Below, one piece after another: positions 54,472-64,000 of a stretch of DNA of 64,000 nt. A program made the translations under genes and the position numbers. This DNA comes from an uncultured Acidobacteriota bacterium. Its GTDB lineage: Bacteria > Acidobacteriota > Thermoanaerobaculia > UBA5066 > Gp7-AA6. Position 1 is the stretch's first letter; each line of letters opens with the position of its first letter. The notes under the pieces are model-generated. The model did no database searches, was not told the DNA's origin, and worked only from the letters and a program-made list of their open reading frames with translations. The stretch lies in the NCBI GenBank assembly GCA_963804915.1, contig CAWDSI010000034.1, positions 14,675-78,674 of the forward strand, given 5' to 3'.

Positions 54472-55809
54472 ATGACGCGAGCCCCTGGGCCGCCGCGCCG
54501 CTTTCCGGGAGGCCACCTTCTCGCGATGCGGCGCGATCCGCTCGCCTTCCTGACCCGGCTCTCGCGCGAGTACGGAGACGTCGTCCGGTTCCGGCTCGGT
54601 CCGGTCGAGATTCACCTGCTCAACCGGCCCGACTTCATCCGCGACCTTCTCGTGACGGACGCGGCGGCGTTCCACAAGGGACGCGGTCTCGAGCGCGCAA
54701 AGCGGCTCCTCGGCGAAGGGCTCCTGACGAGCGAGGATCCGGTGCATCTTCGCCAGCGGCGGATGATCCAGCCCGCGTTCCACCACGAGCGCATCGCGGG
54801 TTACGGCGAAGTCATGGTCGAGCCTGCGGAGCGGCTCTCGGGCCGCTGGCAGGACGGCGAGACCCGGGAGGTGTCGCTCGAGATGTCCCGGCTCACGCTG
54901 TCGATCGTCGGACGGGCGCTTTTCGACGCCGACGTCGAATCGGAAGCCGACGAGATCGGGGCCGCCCTCACGACGGCGGTCACGCTTTTCGGTCGGACCG
55001 TCACGCTGCCGTACTTCCACATCCTCGACCGCTTGCCGATTCCCTCCAACCGGCGCTTCGAGAAAGCGAAGGCGCGCATCGACGCGACGATCGCCCGGAT
55101 GATCGCCGAACGGCGGCGAGCGCCGGCCGGGCGCTCGGATCTGTTGAGCCTTCTCATCGCGGCCTCGGATCCCGAGGGAGACGGCGGGAAGATGACCGAC
55201 GCGCAAGTGCGCGACGAGGCGGTCACGATCTTTCTCGCCGGCCACGAGACCACGGCCAACGCGCTGACCTGGACCTGGTACCTGCTGTCGCAAAATCCCG
55301 ACGTCGAGGCGAAGCTCCACGGCGAGGTCGACGCGGTTCTGGGAGATCGATCGCCCGGCGTCGCGGATCTTCCGAAGCTCGCGTACACGGAGATGGTGCT
55401 CGCGGAGTCGATGCGCCTCTACCCGCCGGCCTGGATCATCGGACGGCGGGCGCTCTCCGACTACGAGGTCGGCGGCTACGCAGTGCCCAAGCGTTCGATC
55501 GTCGTCGCGAGCCAGTGGGTGACTCACCGTGACCCGCGGTACTTCCCGGATCCGGAGCGCTTCGATCCCGAGCGCTTCCGGCCGGAGGCGAAGGCCGCTC
55601 GTCCGAAGTTCTCCTATTTCCCGTTCGGCGGCGGCCCGCGGGTGTGCATCGGAGAGGGCTTCGCCTGGATGGAGGGTGTCCTGCTCCTCGCGACGCTGGC
55701 CCGGCGCTGGCGACTGCGCCTCGAGCCCGGGCAGGTCGTTGCCCCGGCCCCCTCCATCACGCTCCGCCCAAAGCGTGGCCTGCGGATGACCCTCAGTCGG
55801 AGGCCCTAG
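54472..55809 (+). CDS. Cytochrome P450
   Basis: AGHETT, ESMR (ExxR), PERF, heme-binding [12 protein letters not shown]. Confidence 0.96.
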   Translation: MTRAPGPPRRFPGGHLLAMRRDPLAFLTRLSREYGDVVRFRLGPVEIHLLNRPDFIRDLLVTDAAAFHKGRGLERAKRLLGEGLLTSEDPVHLRQRRMIQPAFHHERIAGYGEVMVEPAERLSGRWQDGETREVSLEMSRLTLSIVGRALFDADVESEADEIGAALTTAVTLFGRTVTLPYFHILDRLPIPSNRRFEKAKARIDATIARMIAERRRAPAGRSDLLSLLIAASDPEGDGGKMTDAQVRDEAVTIFLAGHETTANALTWTWYLLSQNPDVEAKLHGEVDAVLGDRSPGVADLPKLAYTEMVLAESMRLYPPAWIIGRRALSDYEVGGYAVPKRSIVVASQWVTHRDPRYFPDPERFDPERFRPEAKAARPKFSYFPFGGGPRVCIGEGFAWMEGVLLLATLARRWRLRLEPGQVVAPAPSITLRPKRGLRMTLSRRP

Positions 55810-55853
55810 GCAGGGGCCACGATGTATCCTTTGCGCGCCATTCGATTCCTTAA

Positions 55854-58436
55854 ATGAGCCTGACGCCCGGCACCCGGCTGGGTCCCTACGAGATCCTCGC
55901 GCCGATCGGCGCTGGAGGGATGGGGGAGGTCTACCGGGCGAAGGATCCGCGACTTGGGCGCGACGTCGCGATCAAGGTCCTGCCGGCGACCTTTTCGCAG
56001 GACGCGGAGCGGCTGCGCCGCTTCGAGCAGGAGGCTCGGGCCGCGGGCGTCCTGAACCACCCCAACATCACCGCCGTGTACGACATCGGCACTCACGAGG
56101 GCGCTCCGTACGTCGTCCAGGAGCTGCTCGAAGGCGACACACTGCGCTCGGTTCTCTCGGGCGGGCGTCTCCCGCAGCGCAAGACGATCGACTACGCCCT
56201 CCAGATCGTCCACGGTCTGGCGGCGGCGCACGAGAAGGGGATCGTGCACCGGGACCTGAAGCCCGAGAACGTCTTCGTGACGAACGACGGCCGGGTGAAG
56301 ATCCTCGACTTCGGCCTCGCCAAGCTGACCCACACGGAGGAGCGCGGCCAGGCGACCAACCTGCCGACCGCGACCGCGGGCACGGAGCCCGGCGTCGTCA
56401 TGGGAACGCTCGGTTACATGTCGCCCGAGCAGGTGCGCGGCAAACCGGCCGACGCGCGCTCCGACATCTTCTCCTTCGGGGCAATCCTGTACGAGATGCT
56501 GTCCGGCAGGCGCGCGTTCCACGGCGACTCGGCGGCGGACACGATGTCGGCGATCCTCAAGGAGGATCCGCCGGATCTCTCCATCACCAACCAGAACATC
56601 CCTCCCGGCCTCGAGCGGATCGTTCGGCACTGTCTCGAAAAGAGCCCCGAGCAGCGCTTCCATTCCGCGCACGATGTCGCTTTCGATCTGGAAGCCCTGT
56701 CGGGCCTCTCCATGCCCCGGATCGAGCCCTCGAAGTCGCGTATTCCCGTCCGACTTCCCTCGCGCCTGGTGGCGGCGGCCGTCCTCGCGGCCCTCGCGGT
56801 CGGGCTTTTCGCCGGCCGCTTGATCTGGAGCGCGGGTCCTGGGTTCTCTCCGAGCTTCCACAGACTGACATTTCGCCGCGGGCCGGTCCAGAGCGCGCGC
56901 TTTGCCCCCGACGGAAGCACGGTCATCTATACCGCCGCCTGGGACGGCGCTCCGAAGCCGGAGCTCTACTCGGTTCGCGTGGAGAGCCCCGAGTCCATGC
57001 GGCTCAGCCTCCCGAATCGATTGATCGAGGCGATCTCCCGTACGGGCGAGATGCTCGTGCTGGACCCGCTCCCCTCAGGGGTGGGGTACTCCATCACCGG
57101 CACTCTTTCGCAGGCGCCTCTGTCGGGCAGCGCGTCGCGAGAGTTGCTCGAGGATGTCGGAAGCGCCGATTGGTCCCCGGACGGAGCGAGTCTCGCCGTC
57201 GTACGCGCGCCCCAGTTCCGCTACCGACTCGAGTTTCCCGCCGGCAAGGTCCTCTACGAGACGACCGGCTGGATCAGCCACCCGCGCGTCTCTCCGAAGG
57301 GAGACGCCGTCGCGTTTCTGGACCACCCGGTCCTCGGCGACGACCGCGGCTCGGTCGCAATCGTAGACCTCGCAGGAAAGAAAAGGACGCTGTCCGAGGG
57401 ATGGGAAAGCGCACAGGGCCTGGCCTGGTCGGTCTCCGGCAAGGAGATCTGGTTCACGGCGACCCGCGCCGGCAACGCCCGCTCTGTCTACGCCGTGACG
57501 CCCGCGCGCCGCGAGCGCGCCGTGCTCGCGACGCCTGCAGGACTGGTGCTCCAGGACATTTCCCGCGACGGGCGCGTCCTCCTGGTCCAGGACAACGCGC
57601 GTGTCGGGTTCTACGCCGTGCTGTCCGGCGAAGCCAGGGAGCGGGACCTCTCGGGTCTCGAATGGTCGTGGGGCCCGCGCCTGTCCGCGGACGAGAAGTC
57701 GGTCGTCTTTACGGAAATGGGGGAGGCCGGCCTCGCGGGTTATTCCGTCTACATGCGCAAGCTCGACGGGTCGGCGGCAGTGCGGCTGGGAGAGGGAGCC
57801 GCGGTGGCGGCCTCGCCCGACGGGAAGTGGATCTTGACCCGCCGCATCCGAACGACACCGGCGACGTTCGTGCTGCTGCCGACCGGCGCCGGGCAGCCGA
57901 AGGCCTTCCCGAAAGACTCGATCGACCGGTCCGGCTTCGCGGCGTTCCTTCCCGACGGAAAGCGCATCGCGTTCAACGGCAACGAGGCGGGAAAGCCCAC
58001 ACGCGTTTTCGTCCAGAGTCTCGACGGAGGCTCGGCGCGGCCCGTCACCCCGGAGGGAGTCACCGCCAGGCTAATCTCGCCGGACGGCAAGTTCCTGCTG
58101 ACCGAGACGGCAGGGCAGGGGTTCGGCCTGGCACCCCTGGACGGCGGCGGCCCCCCGGTACCGATTCGCGGTCTCGAGCCGAGCGACGACCCGCTGCGAT
58201 GGACCGCCGACGGCCGTTCGCTTTTCATCCGCAGCTCGAAAGACTTTTTCCCCGCGCGAGTCTACCGACTGGATCTCGAGACGGGCCGCCGCGAGGTTTG
58301 GAAAGAGTTCATGCCCAGCGACCCAACCGGTATCACCGGCATGGGCCCCAATTCGATCTCCGCGGACGGCAACACCATCCTCTTCGGCTACAGCCACACC
58401 CTGAGCGATCTGTACGTCGCGGACGGCCTTCGGTGA
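55854..58436 (+). CDS. K9: Ser/Thr kinase - TM - TolB/PD40 beta-propeller, intact 860 aa
   Basis: [34 protein letters not shown]; FHRLTFRRG propeller entry; SPDG repeats. Confidence 0.95.
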   Translation: MSLTPGTRLGPYEILAPIGAGGMGEVYRAKDPRLGRDVAIKVLPATFSQDAERLRRFEQEARAAGVLNHPNITAVYDIGTHEGAPYVVQELLEGDTLRSVLSGGRLPQRKTIDYALQIVHGLAAAHEKGIVHRDLKPENVFVTNDGRVKILDFGLAKLTHTEERGQATNLPTATAGTEPGVVMGTLGYMSPEQVRGKPADARSDIFSFGAILYEMLSGRRAFHGDSAADTMSAILKEDPPDLSITNQNIPPGLERIVRHCLEKSPEQRFHSAHDVAFDLEALSGLSMPRIEPSKSRIPVRLPSRLVAAAVLAALAVGLFAGRLIWSAGPGFSPSFHRLTFRRGPVQSARFAPDGSTVIYTAAWDGAPKPELYSVRVESPESMRLSLPNRLIEAISRTGEMLVLDPLPSGVGYSITGTLSQAPLSGSASRELLEDVGSADWSPDGASLAVVRAPQFRYRLEFPAGKVLYETTGWISHPRVSPKGDAVAFLDHPVLGDDRGSVAIVDLAGKKRTLSEGWESAQGLAWSVSGKEIWFTATRAGNARSVYAVTPARRERAVLATPAGLVLQDISRDGRVLLVQDNARVGFYAVLSGEARERDLSGLEWSWGPRLSADEKSVVFTEMGEAGLAGYSVYMRKLDGSAAVRLGEGAAVAASPDGKWILTRRIRTTPATFVLLPTGAGQPKAFPKDSIDRSGFAAFLPDGKRIAFNGNEAGKPTRVFVQSLDGGSARPVTPEGVTARLISPDGKFLLTETAGQGFGLAPLDGGGPPVPIRGLEPSDDPLRWTADGRSLFIRSSKDFFPARVYRLDLETGRREVWKEFMPSDPTGITGMGPNSISADGNTILFGYSHTLSDLYVADGLR

Positions 58437-58549
58437 GTCTCTCCTCGGGAACGAAGCTCGGTCTCGGACTCTCAGCGGCCCGCTGCGCGGGCCAACCGAC
58501 GAGAGAGGGGAAATCGGGTGTGCACCCTCTCCCAGGGCATTCGAGATGA
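58433..58549 (+). pseudogene. Kinase N-terminal stub ([10 protein letters not shown]) running into the leader motif; 38-codon uORF
   Basis: GTG overlaps the K9 stop. The first 10 codons match the kinase-start consensus (K12 [11 protein letters not shown]8 MSLEAGTKLG). The frame ends at TGA 58547-58549, overlapping the K10 ATG. Confidence 0.7.
58467..58533 (+). promoter_or_regulatory. Conserved structured kinase-leader motif, copy 3 (before K10)
   Basis: GACTCTCAGC GGCCCGC-TGC-GCGGGCC AAC CGACG A GAGAGGGG AAA TCGG GTGTGCA CCCTCTCCC, 12 nt before ATG 58546. Confidence 0.7.
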
Positions 58550-59153
58550 CGCTCTCCGCCGGATCGAGGCTCGGGCCGTACGAAATTCTGTCGCCGCTCG
58601 GGGCGGGCGGGATGGGGGAGGTCTACCGGGCGCGCGATGCGAAGCTCAACCGCGACGTTGCGATCAAGGTGCTGCCGGAGGCGGTGGCGGACGGGGAGCG
58701 GCTGGCGCGGTTCCAGCGTGAGGCGCAGGTGCTGGCGTCGCTGAATCATCCGCACATCGCGGCGATCTACGGGCTCGAGAAATCGGGCCACGTCGAGGCG
58801 CTGGTGCTGGAGCTCGTCGAGGGGGAGACGCTGGCCGAGCGGATCGGGGCCGGACCGATCCCGGTGGACGAGGCCCTCGCGATTGCGCGCCAGATCGCGG
58901 ACGCACTCGAGGCCGCGCACGAGAAAGGGATCGTGCACCGGGACCTGAAACCCGCCAACGTGAAGGTGACGCCGGAGGGCAAGGTCAAGGTGCTCGACTT
59001 CGGCCTCGCGAAGGCCCTGACGGGCGACCCCTCATCTGGGCGTTCGGCGCGGTCCTGTACGAGATGCTTGCCGGGCGCAAGGCCTTCGCTCGATCGCATT
59101 GCCGGAGGAGCAAGAAAGTGACCAACTGGACGGCGGGGCTCGAGAAGAAGTAA
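58546..59153 (+). pseudogene. K10: internally deleted kinase-propeller gene (N-terminus, subdomain IX fragment and extreme C-terminus only)
   Basis: Intact to [13 protein letters not shown], then jumps out of frame to [18 protein letters not shown] (from 59034), then to VTNWTAGLEKK with stop at 59151-59153. Confidence 0.8.
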
Positions 59154-59179
59154 GACGTACCGCCAGAAAGCCTTCTGAC

Positions 59180-61855
59180 GTGACTCTCGCCGCGGGAACG
59201 AAGCTCGGGCCCTACGAGATCCTCGCGCCGCTCGGAGCGGGCGGGATGGGCGAGGTCTACCGCGCGCGCGATACGCGGCTGGAGAGGACGGTGGCGGTCA
59301 AGGTGCTGCCCGAGCGCCTGGCCGAGGACGCCGACGCGCTGGCGCGCTTCGGGCGGGAAGCGAAGGCGGTCGCGGCGCTCTCGCATCCGAACATTCTCGC
59401 GATCCACGACTTCGGCCACGAGGGCACCGTCGCTTACTCCGTCTCGGAGTTGCTCGAGGGCGAAACGCTGCGCGAAGCCCTCTCGTCCGGGCCGCTGTCG
59501 TCCCGCCAGGTGCGGGATTACGGCGTGCAGATCGCGTTGGGCCTCGCCGCGGCCCACGAGAAGGGGATCGTCCACCGGGATCTGAAGCCCGACAACATCT
59601 TCATCACTCGGGACGAGCGCTTGAAGATCCTCGACTTCGGGCTGGCGAAGCCGAGCGCAGGCCCGTCCGATGCGCGCGATCAGACCCAATCCCCGACCGT
59701 CTCGGGCTACACGGAACCTGGAAAGGTCATGGGCACCGTCGGCTACATGTCGCCGGAGCAGGTGCGGGGCATCGCGGTCGATCAGCGGTCCGACATCTTT
59801 TCCTTCGGCGCCGTGCTCTACGAGATGCTTACGGGAAGCCGGGCGTTTGCGCGGGAGACGGCTGCCGAGACGATGACGGCGATCCTCAAGGAGGATCCCC
59901 GCGAGCCTTCGTCGGTCGGAGCGGACGCGGCGGCTCTCGTCCCGGTGCTGCGCCACTGCCTGGAGAAGAAGCCCGAGAAGCGTTTCCAGTCGGCGCGGGA
60001 CCTGGCCTTCGCCCTGGAGACGGCTGTAACGACAAGCTCCGCCGCCGTGGCTGTCGCGCCGGCCGCTCCTCGCTCCGTGCCGATCTGGCGGTGGCTCGGC
60101 GTCGCGGCGCTCGCGGTCGCCGCGGCGGCGGCCGGCTACTTCGCCCGTTCCGGCGGTTCGGCCGAGGCTCCGCCGCCGTCCGACTGGAACGACGCGACGA
60201 TCATGCCGCTCACGACGGATCCGGGTTACGAAGGCGAGCCGACGTTTTCTCCCGACGGACAGACGATTGCGTACGTGTCCGATCGCGACGGCAACTTCGA
60301 GATCTATCTGCAACAGATCGCGGGCGGACCCGCGATCAACTTGACGAACAATCCGGCGGCCGACATCCAGCCGTCGTTTTCTCCCGACGGCCGCGAGATC
60401 GCGTTCGTTTCGGATCGCTCGGGCGGCTCCGAGATCATTCACGCGGCTCCCGGCCTTCCGCGCGTCGGGGGCGACATCTGGGTGATGCCCGCTCTCGGGG
60501 GTCCGGCTCGACGAATCGTCGAGAAAGGGGACTGCCCGTCCTGGACGCCGGACGGCGCGAGCCTGGTTTACGTTCACGGCACCTACCGCAACGCCCGGAT
60601 CGGCATCGTTCCCGCGGCGGGGGGCGAGAGCCGCGACGTGCCGATCGAGGAGCCGTTCTTGCAGCGGTACTTCTTCCCCAGCATCTCGGACGACCGCCGC
60701 TGGGTGCTGTACCAGAACGGCGGCCAGGTTGAAGTCGTTCCCGCGGAAGGCGGGAAGGCGAAAATCCTCGCTCGCGGGGAGTGGCCTTCGTGGGGACCCG
60801 GCTCGACGAGCGTTCTGTACACGAATGACACGCCCGGCAAGGGCCGCACTCTCTGGAGGGCGCCGTTCTCGCTCGTCCGAGGAGAGTTATCGGGACTGCC
60901 GGAGCCGCTGACCTTCGGGCGCGGCGGCGACCTGGGCGCGAAGTCCTCGCGGGATGGAGCGTCGATCGCATTCTCCGCCGTGCAGGAGAGCCTCAACCTC
61001 GAAGAGCTTCCGTTCGATGCAGAGGCCGGGCGCGTGACGGGACCGCTCCGGGAATTGACCACCGGGAACAACCGCGTGGGTTTCTTCGGCGTCGCGCCCG
61101 ACGGAAAGGCGGTCGTCTTCGCCGCGGAACGCGGCGCCCGGTCGCATCTGTGGCGGATCGATCCGCCGGCACCGCCGGTCGAGCTCACACGCGATCCGAA
61201 CTACTCGGATACGTCCCCCGTGTGGTCGCCCGACGGCGGCGAGATCGCGTTTTCTCGAGGGGCCGTCGGGGCGGGCCAGGGCGCTCAGGCTCTCTGGATC
61301 ATGAGGTCCGATGGCACAAACCCCCGACGCGTCGCCGACTTCTCCGGACAGATGGTCTGGCTGCCGGATCGCAAGATGCTCATCCAGCGCGGCGACAGCC
61401 TCCTGCGGCTCGATCCCGCCTCGGGTGCCACCGAGCCATTGCCGGGAGCCAAGGCGCGGACGCTCCTGTCGGTCGATCGCACCGGGGAGTGGCTCGCGTA
61501 CCAGAGTAGTGAAGGCGGGGGGATGAACGTCATGGCCGTTCCGGCCGCCGGCGGAACCCCTCGCCTCGTCGAGACCGCGCAGTACGATGGCTATCACCCG
61601 CTCTTCTCGCCGTCCGGCCGCTGGCTCTATTTTCAGCCCGGCCACAAGAACCTTTACCGTGTGCCCGGCCCGGCGCAGGGCTGGGCGACCGCCGCTCCGG
61701 AGAAGGTGACAGAGTTCTCCGGGCTCGACCTCTACATCGAAGATCCCAAGTTCTCCCGCGACGGTTCTCGCCTCTTCTACACGCGCGGGCGGACGACGGG
61801 AGACATCTACATTCTCCACTTCGGGAAGGGCGCAGAGCCGAAGGCCAGCCGATGA
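59180..61855 (+). CDS. K11: Ser/Thr kinase - TM - TolB/PD40 beta-propeller, intact 891 aa
   Basis: GTG 59180; [31 protein letters not shown]; TolB-like [23 protein letters not shown]. Confidence 0.95.
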   Translation: MTLAAGTKLGPYEILAPLGAGGMGEVYRARDTRLERTVAVKVLPERLAEDADALARFGREAKAVAALSHPNILAIHDFGHEGTVAYSVSELLEGETLREALSSGPLSSRQVRDYGVQIALGLAAAHEKGIVHRDLKPDNIFITRDERLKILDFGLAKPSAGPSDARDQTQSPTVSGYTEPGKVMGTVGYMSPEQVRGIAVDQRSDIFSFGAVLYEMLTGSRAFARETAAETMTAILKEDPREPSSVGADAAALVPVLRHCLEKKPEKRFQSARDLAFALETAVTTSSAAVAVAPAAPRSVPIWRWLGVAALAVAAAAAGYFARSGGSAEAPPPSDWNDATIMPLTTDPGYEGEPTFSPDGQTIAYVSDRDGNFEIYLQQIAGGPAINLTNNPAADIQPSFSPDGREIAFVSDRSGGSEIIHAAPGLPRVGGDIWVMPALGGPARRIVEKGDCPSWTPDGASLVYVHGTYRNARIGIVPAAGGESRDVPIEEPFLQRYFFPSISDDRRWVLYQNGGQVEVVPAEGGKAKILARGEWPSWGPGSTSVLYTNDTPGKGRTLWRAPFSLVRGELSGLPEPLTFGRGGDLGAKSSRDGASIAFSAVQESLNLEELPFDAEAGRVTGPLRELTTGNNRVGFFGVAPDGKAVVFAAERGARSHLWRIDPPAPPVELTRDPNYSDTSPVWSPDGGEIAFSRGAVGAGQGAQALWIMRSDGTNPRRVADFSGQMVWLPDRKMLIQRGDSLLRLDPASGATEPLPGAKARTLLSVDRTGEWLAYQSSEGGGMNVMAVPAAGGTPRLVETAQYDGYHPLFSPSGRWLYFQPGHKNLYRVPGPAQGWATAAPEKVTEFSGLDLYIEDPKFSRDGSRLFYTRGRTTGDIYILHFGKGAEPKASR

Positions 61856-61895
61856 CACCTGGCCGACCGAGGCTCGGCGAATGAGGGAGGTTGAC

Positions 61896-62966
61896 ATGGC
61901 GCCGATCAGGGTGTGGCTGTCCGCCGCGGCCGGATTGCTCATCAGCGTTTGCGGCTTCGCCGCTGGCCCGGACCCGGGTGCGTTTACAGTCGGCACGGCT
62001 TCTGCCAATCCCGGCCAGAAAGTCACCGGCATTCTCGCGGTTCCCGCGGGCTCCGACGCGGGACTCGACATTCCCGTCGCCGTGGTCCGCGGAGCGCGGC
62101 CGGGGCCGGTCCTGGCTCTCGTCGCCGGCGCGCATGGCACCGAGTACGCCTCGATCGTCGCGATCGAGCGCCTGATCGAAAAGCTCGACCCGGCGCAGGT
62201 CTCCGGCACGCTCATCCTGGTCCCGCTCATCAACACGCCGTCCTTCGAGCAGAAGGTTCCGCACCTGAACCCCGTGGACGGCAAGAGCATGAACCGCTTC
62301 TATCCCGGCAAGGCGGACGGGACGCAGACGGAGCGCGCGCTCTTCCTCATCACGCGCCAAATCGTCGAGCGGTGCGACTACCTGATCGACTTTCACGGCG
62401 GCGATCTCGACGAGGACCTGCGGCCCTACAGCTACTGGCTGAAGACCGGCAACGAGAAGCAGGACGCCGCCTCGCGCCAGATGGTCCTGGCGTTCGGCCT
62501 CGGCACGATCATCATCTCCACCGACCGCCCGACGGATCCCGCCGCCTCACGCTATCTCGACGCGACGGCCTCCACTCGCGGCAAGCCGTCGATCACGGTC
62601 GAGGCGGGCCACGCCGGGACCGTGGAACCGGCGGACGTGTCGGCCCTCGTCGACGGGAGCCTGTCCGTCATGCGACTGCTCAAGATGCTTCCCGGCACTC
62701 CCGCGATGGTCGATCACCCGATCTGGATCGAGTCGATCAAGCCGGTCGCGAGCGAACAGACCGGGATCTTCTATCCGCTCGTCGCGGGGGGAACCTACGC
62801 CGCCCGGGGCATGCTTCTCGGATACGTGACGGACTACGTGGGTCGGAAGACCTTCGAAGCGCGCGCACCGGAGGCGGGCATCGTTCTCTACATCTGCGCC
62901 GTGCCCTCCATGAAGAAAGGCGACACGATCGCCAATATCGGCGTCGTCGCCTCGTCGCCGCCATGA
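61896..62966 (+). CDS. Exported M14-like succinylglutamate desuccinylase/aspartoacylase family hydrolase
   Basis: ATG 61896 after GGAGG; signal peptide; GAHGTE, MNRFYPG, DFHGGD, ITVEAG. Confidence 0.85.
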   Translation: MAPIRVWLSAAAGLLISVCGFAAGPDPGAFTVGTASANPGQKVTGILAVPAGSDAGLDIPVAVVRGARPGPVLALVAGAHGTEYASIVAIERLIEKLDPAQVSGTLILVPLINTPSFEQKVPHLNPVDGKSMNRFYPGKADGTQTERALFLITRQIVERCDYLIDFHGGDLDEDLRPYSYWLKTGNEKQDAASRQMVLAFGLGTIIISTDRPTDPAASRYLDATASTRGKPSITVEAGHAGTVEPADVSALVDGSLSVMRLLKMLPGTPAMVDHPIWIESIKPVASEQTGIFYPLVAGGTYAARGMLLGYVTDYVGRKTFEARAPEAGIVLYICAVPSMKKGDTIANIGVVASSPP

Positions 62967-64000
62967 GTCTGGCGGCAGGAACAAAGCTCGGGCCATACGA
63001 GATTCTGTCGCCTCTGGGCGCGGGCGGGATGGGGGAGGTCTACAAGGCGCGGGACACGCGGCTGGAGCGGACGGTGGCTGTGAAGGTGCTGCCGTCGAGC
63101 ATGTCGGCTTCGCCGGAGGTGCGCCAGCGCTTCGAGCGCGAGGCGAAGACGATCTCGCAGCTCTCGCATCCGCACATCTGTGCGCTCTACGACGTGGGGC
63201 GCGAGGGCGAGACCGAATACCTGGTCATGGAGTATCTCGAGGGCGAGACGCTCTCGGATCGGTTGGCGAAGGGTCCGATGCCGCTGGAGCAGACGCTGCG
63301 GTATGGCGTGGAGATCGCCGACGCGCTGGACAAGGCGCACCGGCAGGGGATCGTGCACCGGGACCTGAAGCCCGGCAACGTGATGATCACGAAGTCGGGC
63401 GTGAAGCTCCTCGACTTCGGCCTCGCCAAGGCGATAGCGCCCGCGGCGGCGAAGTCGAGCCTGACGTCTCTGCCCACGCAGCAGAGCCTGACGCAGGAAG
63501 GGACGATCCTGGGCACGTTCCAGTACATGGCGCCGGAGCAGCTCGAGGGCAAGGACGCGGACGCGCGGACAGACATCTTCGCGTTCGGCGCGGTCCTGTA
63601 CGAGATGGCGACCGGGAGGAAGGCGTTCTCCGGGGCGAGCCAGGCGTCGCTGATCTCGTCGATCATGTCGGCGGATCCGCCGTCGATTGGGTCGACGCAG
63701 CCGATGTCGCCTCCGGCGCTCGACCGCGTCGTAAAAACGTGTCTCGCCAAGGACCCGGAAGATCGCTGGCAGTCCGCCGGAGACGTCGGCAAGCAGCTGA
63801 GGTGGGTTTCGGAAGGCTCCGCAGCCAGCGTCGCTCCGGTCGTCTCCGTCCGGCGCAAGCGGCGCGAAGCTCTCGCATGGGCCTTCGCTGCGGTCGCCGC
63901 GGCCGTCGCCGCGACAGCGCTGCTCTCTCGCCGTCCCGCTCCGGCGCGCGAGGAGCCGTTGCGCTTCACGATCATGCCGCCGCCCGGCCGGGGCTTTCTC
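62963..64000 (+). CDS. K12: Ser/Thr kinase - TM (propeller presumably beyond the window), partial
   Basis: ATGA overlap with the M14 stop; [48 protein letters not shown] after [10 protein letters not shown]. Confidence 0.92.
   Translation, partial: MSLAAGTKLGPYEILSPLGAGGMGEVYKARDTRLERTVAVKVLPSSMSASPEVRQRFEREAKTISQLSHPHICALYDVGREGETEYLVMEYLEGETLSDRLAKGPMPLEQTLRYGVEIADALDKAHRQGIVHRDLKPGNVMITKSGVKLLDFGLAKAIAPAAAKSSLTSLPTQQSLTQEGTILGTFQYMAPEQLEGKDADARTDIFAFGAVLYEMATGRKAFSGASQASLISSIMSADPPSIGSTQPMSPPALDRVVKTCLAKDPEDRWQSAGDVGKQLRWVSEGSAASVAPVVSVRRKRREALAWAFAAVAAAVAATALLSRRPAPAREEPLRFTIMPPPGRGFL

Noticed and set aside
37361-58533. Leader motif as a known riboswitch (preQ1-I, SAM, glycine) or an integron attC site
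   Set aside because: It lacks the preQ1-I loop and A-rich tail, the SAM and glycine cores, and the RYYYAAC/GTTRRRY boxes. It sits at gene 5' ends and no integrase is present. Judged by eye; an Rfam search is still needed.
37361-58549. Leader motif as a conserved short peptide (AARxAGxPTREG...PLP)
   Set aside because: Differences between copies are non-synonymous (S/F/C, Q/R) and fall in unpaired positions. In copy 2 that frame is closed by TGA at 41308-41310 with no start before the motif. Structure explains the conservation better.
1-64000. CRISPR arrays, tRNA/rRNA, transposases, prophage genes
   Set aside because: No regularly spaced repeats, RNA gene signatures or mobile-element proteins were recognised on either strand.

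Overview
GC-rich (about 70%) bacterial DNA, plausibly Acidobacteriota (inference from the kinase expansion and gene style). Many genes, housekeeping ones included, carry single-base frameshifts, which points to indel errors in the assembly. The left 24.6 kb is mixed metabolic, envelope and regulatory content: a TPR/FG-GAP protein, AraC, an alcohol dehydrogenase, a ChvI/ChvG-like two-component system divergent from creD, a PDZ-Sel1 lipoprotein, a PLD, tdh, a class II aldolase, a GlcD-like oxidase, a degenerate QueD/PTPS, TauE with MBL-rhodanese, M18 and S10 peptidases, RluA and a serine hydrolase. From 24.6 kb to the end lies an array of 12 co-oriented Hanks-type Ser/Thr kinase - TM - TolB/PD40 beta-propeller genes (K1-K12). 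Ten are 2.58-2.72 kb, K10 is internally deleted and K12 is cut by the window end. Small cargo genes are interspersed (OsmC, DUF1772, ispG, a lower-GC membrane methyltransferase, two DUF4136, a membrane metallophosphoesterase, a P450, an M14 deacylase). The most notable unexplained signals are: (1) a conserved ~65-nt structured non-coding leader in front of three kinases; (2) a K6-K7-K8 trio whose middle gene looks like an unequal-crossover chimera; (3) a kinase-start stub interrupted by the leader and followed by a doubly deleted kinase. No rRNA, tRNA, CRISPR array, transposase, integrase or reverse transcriptase was seen.
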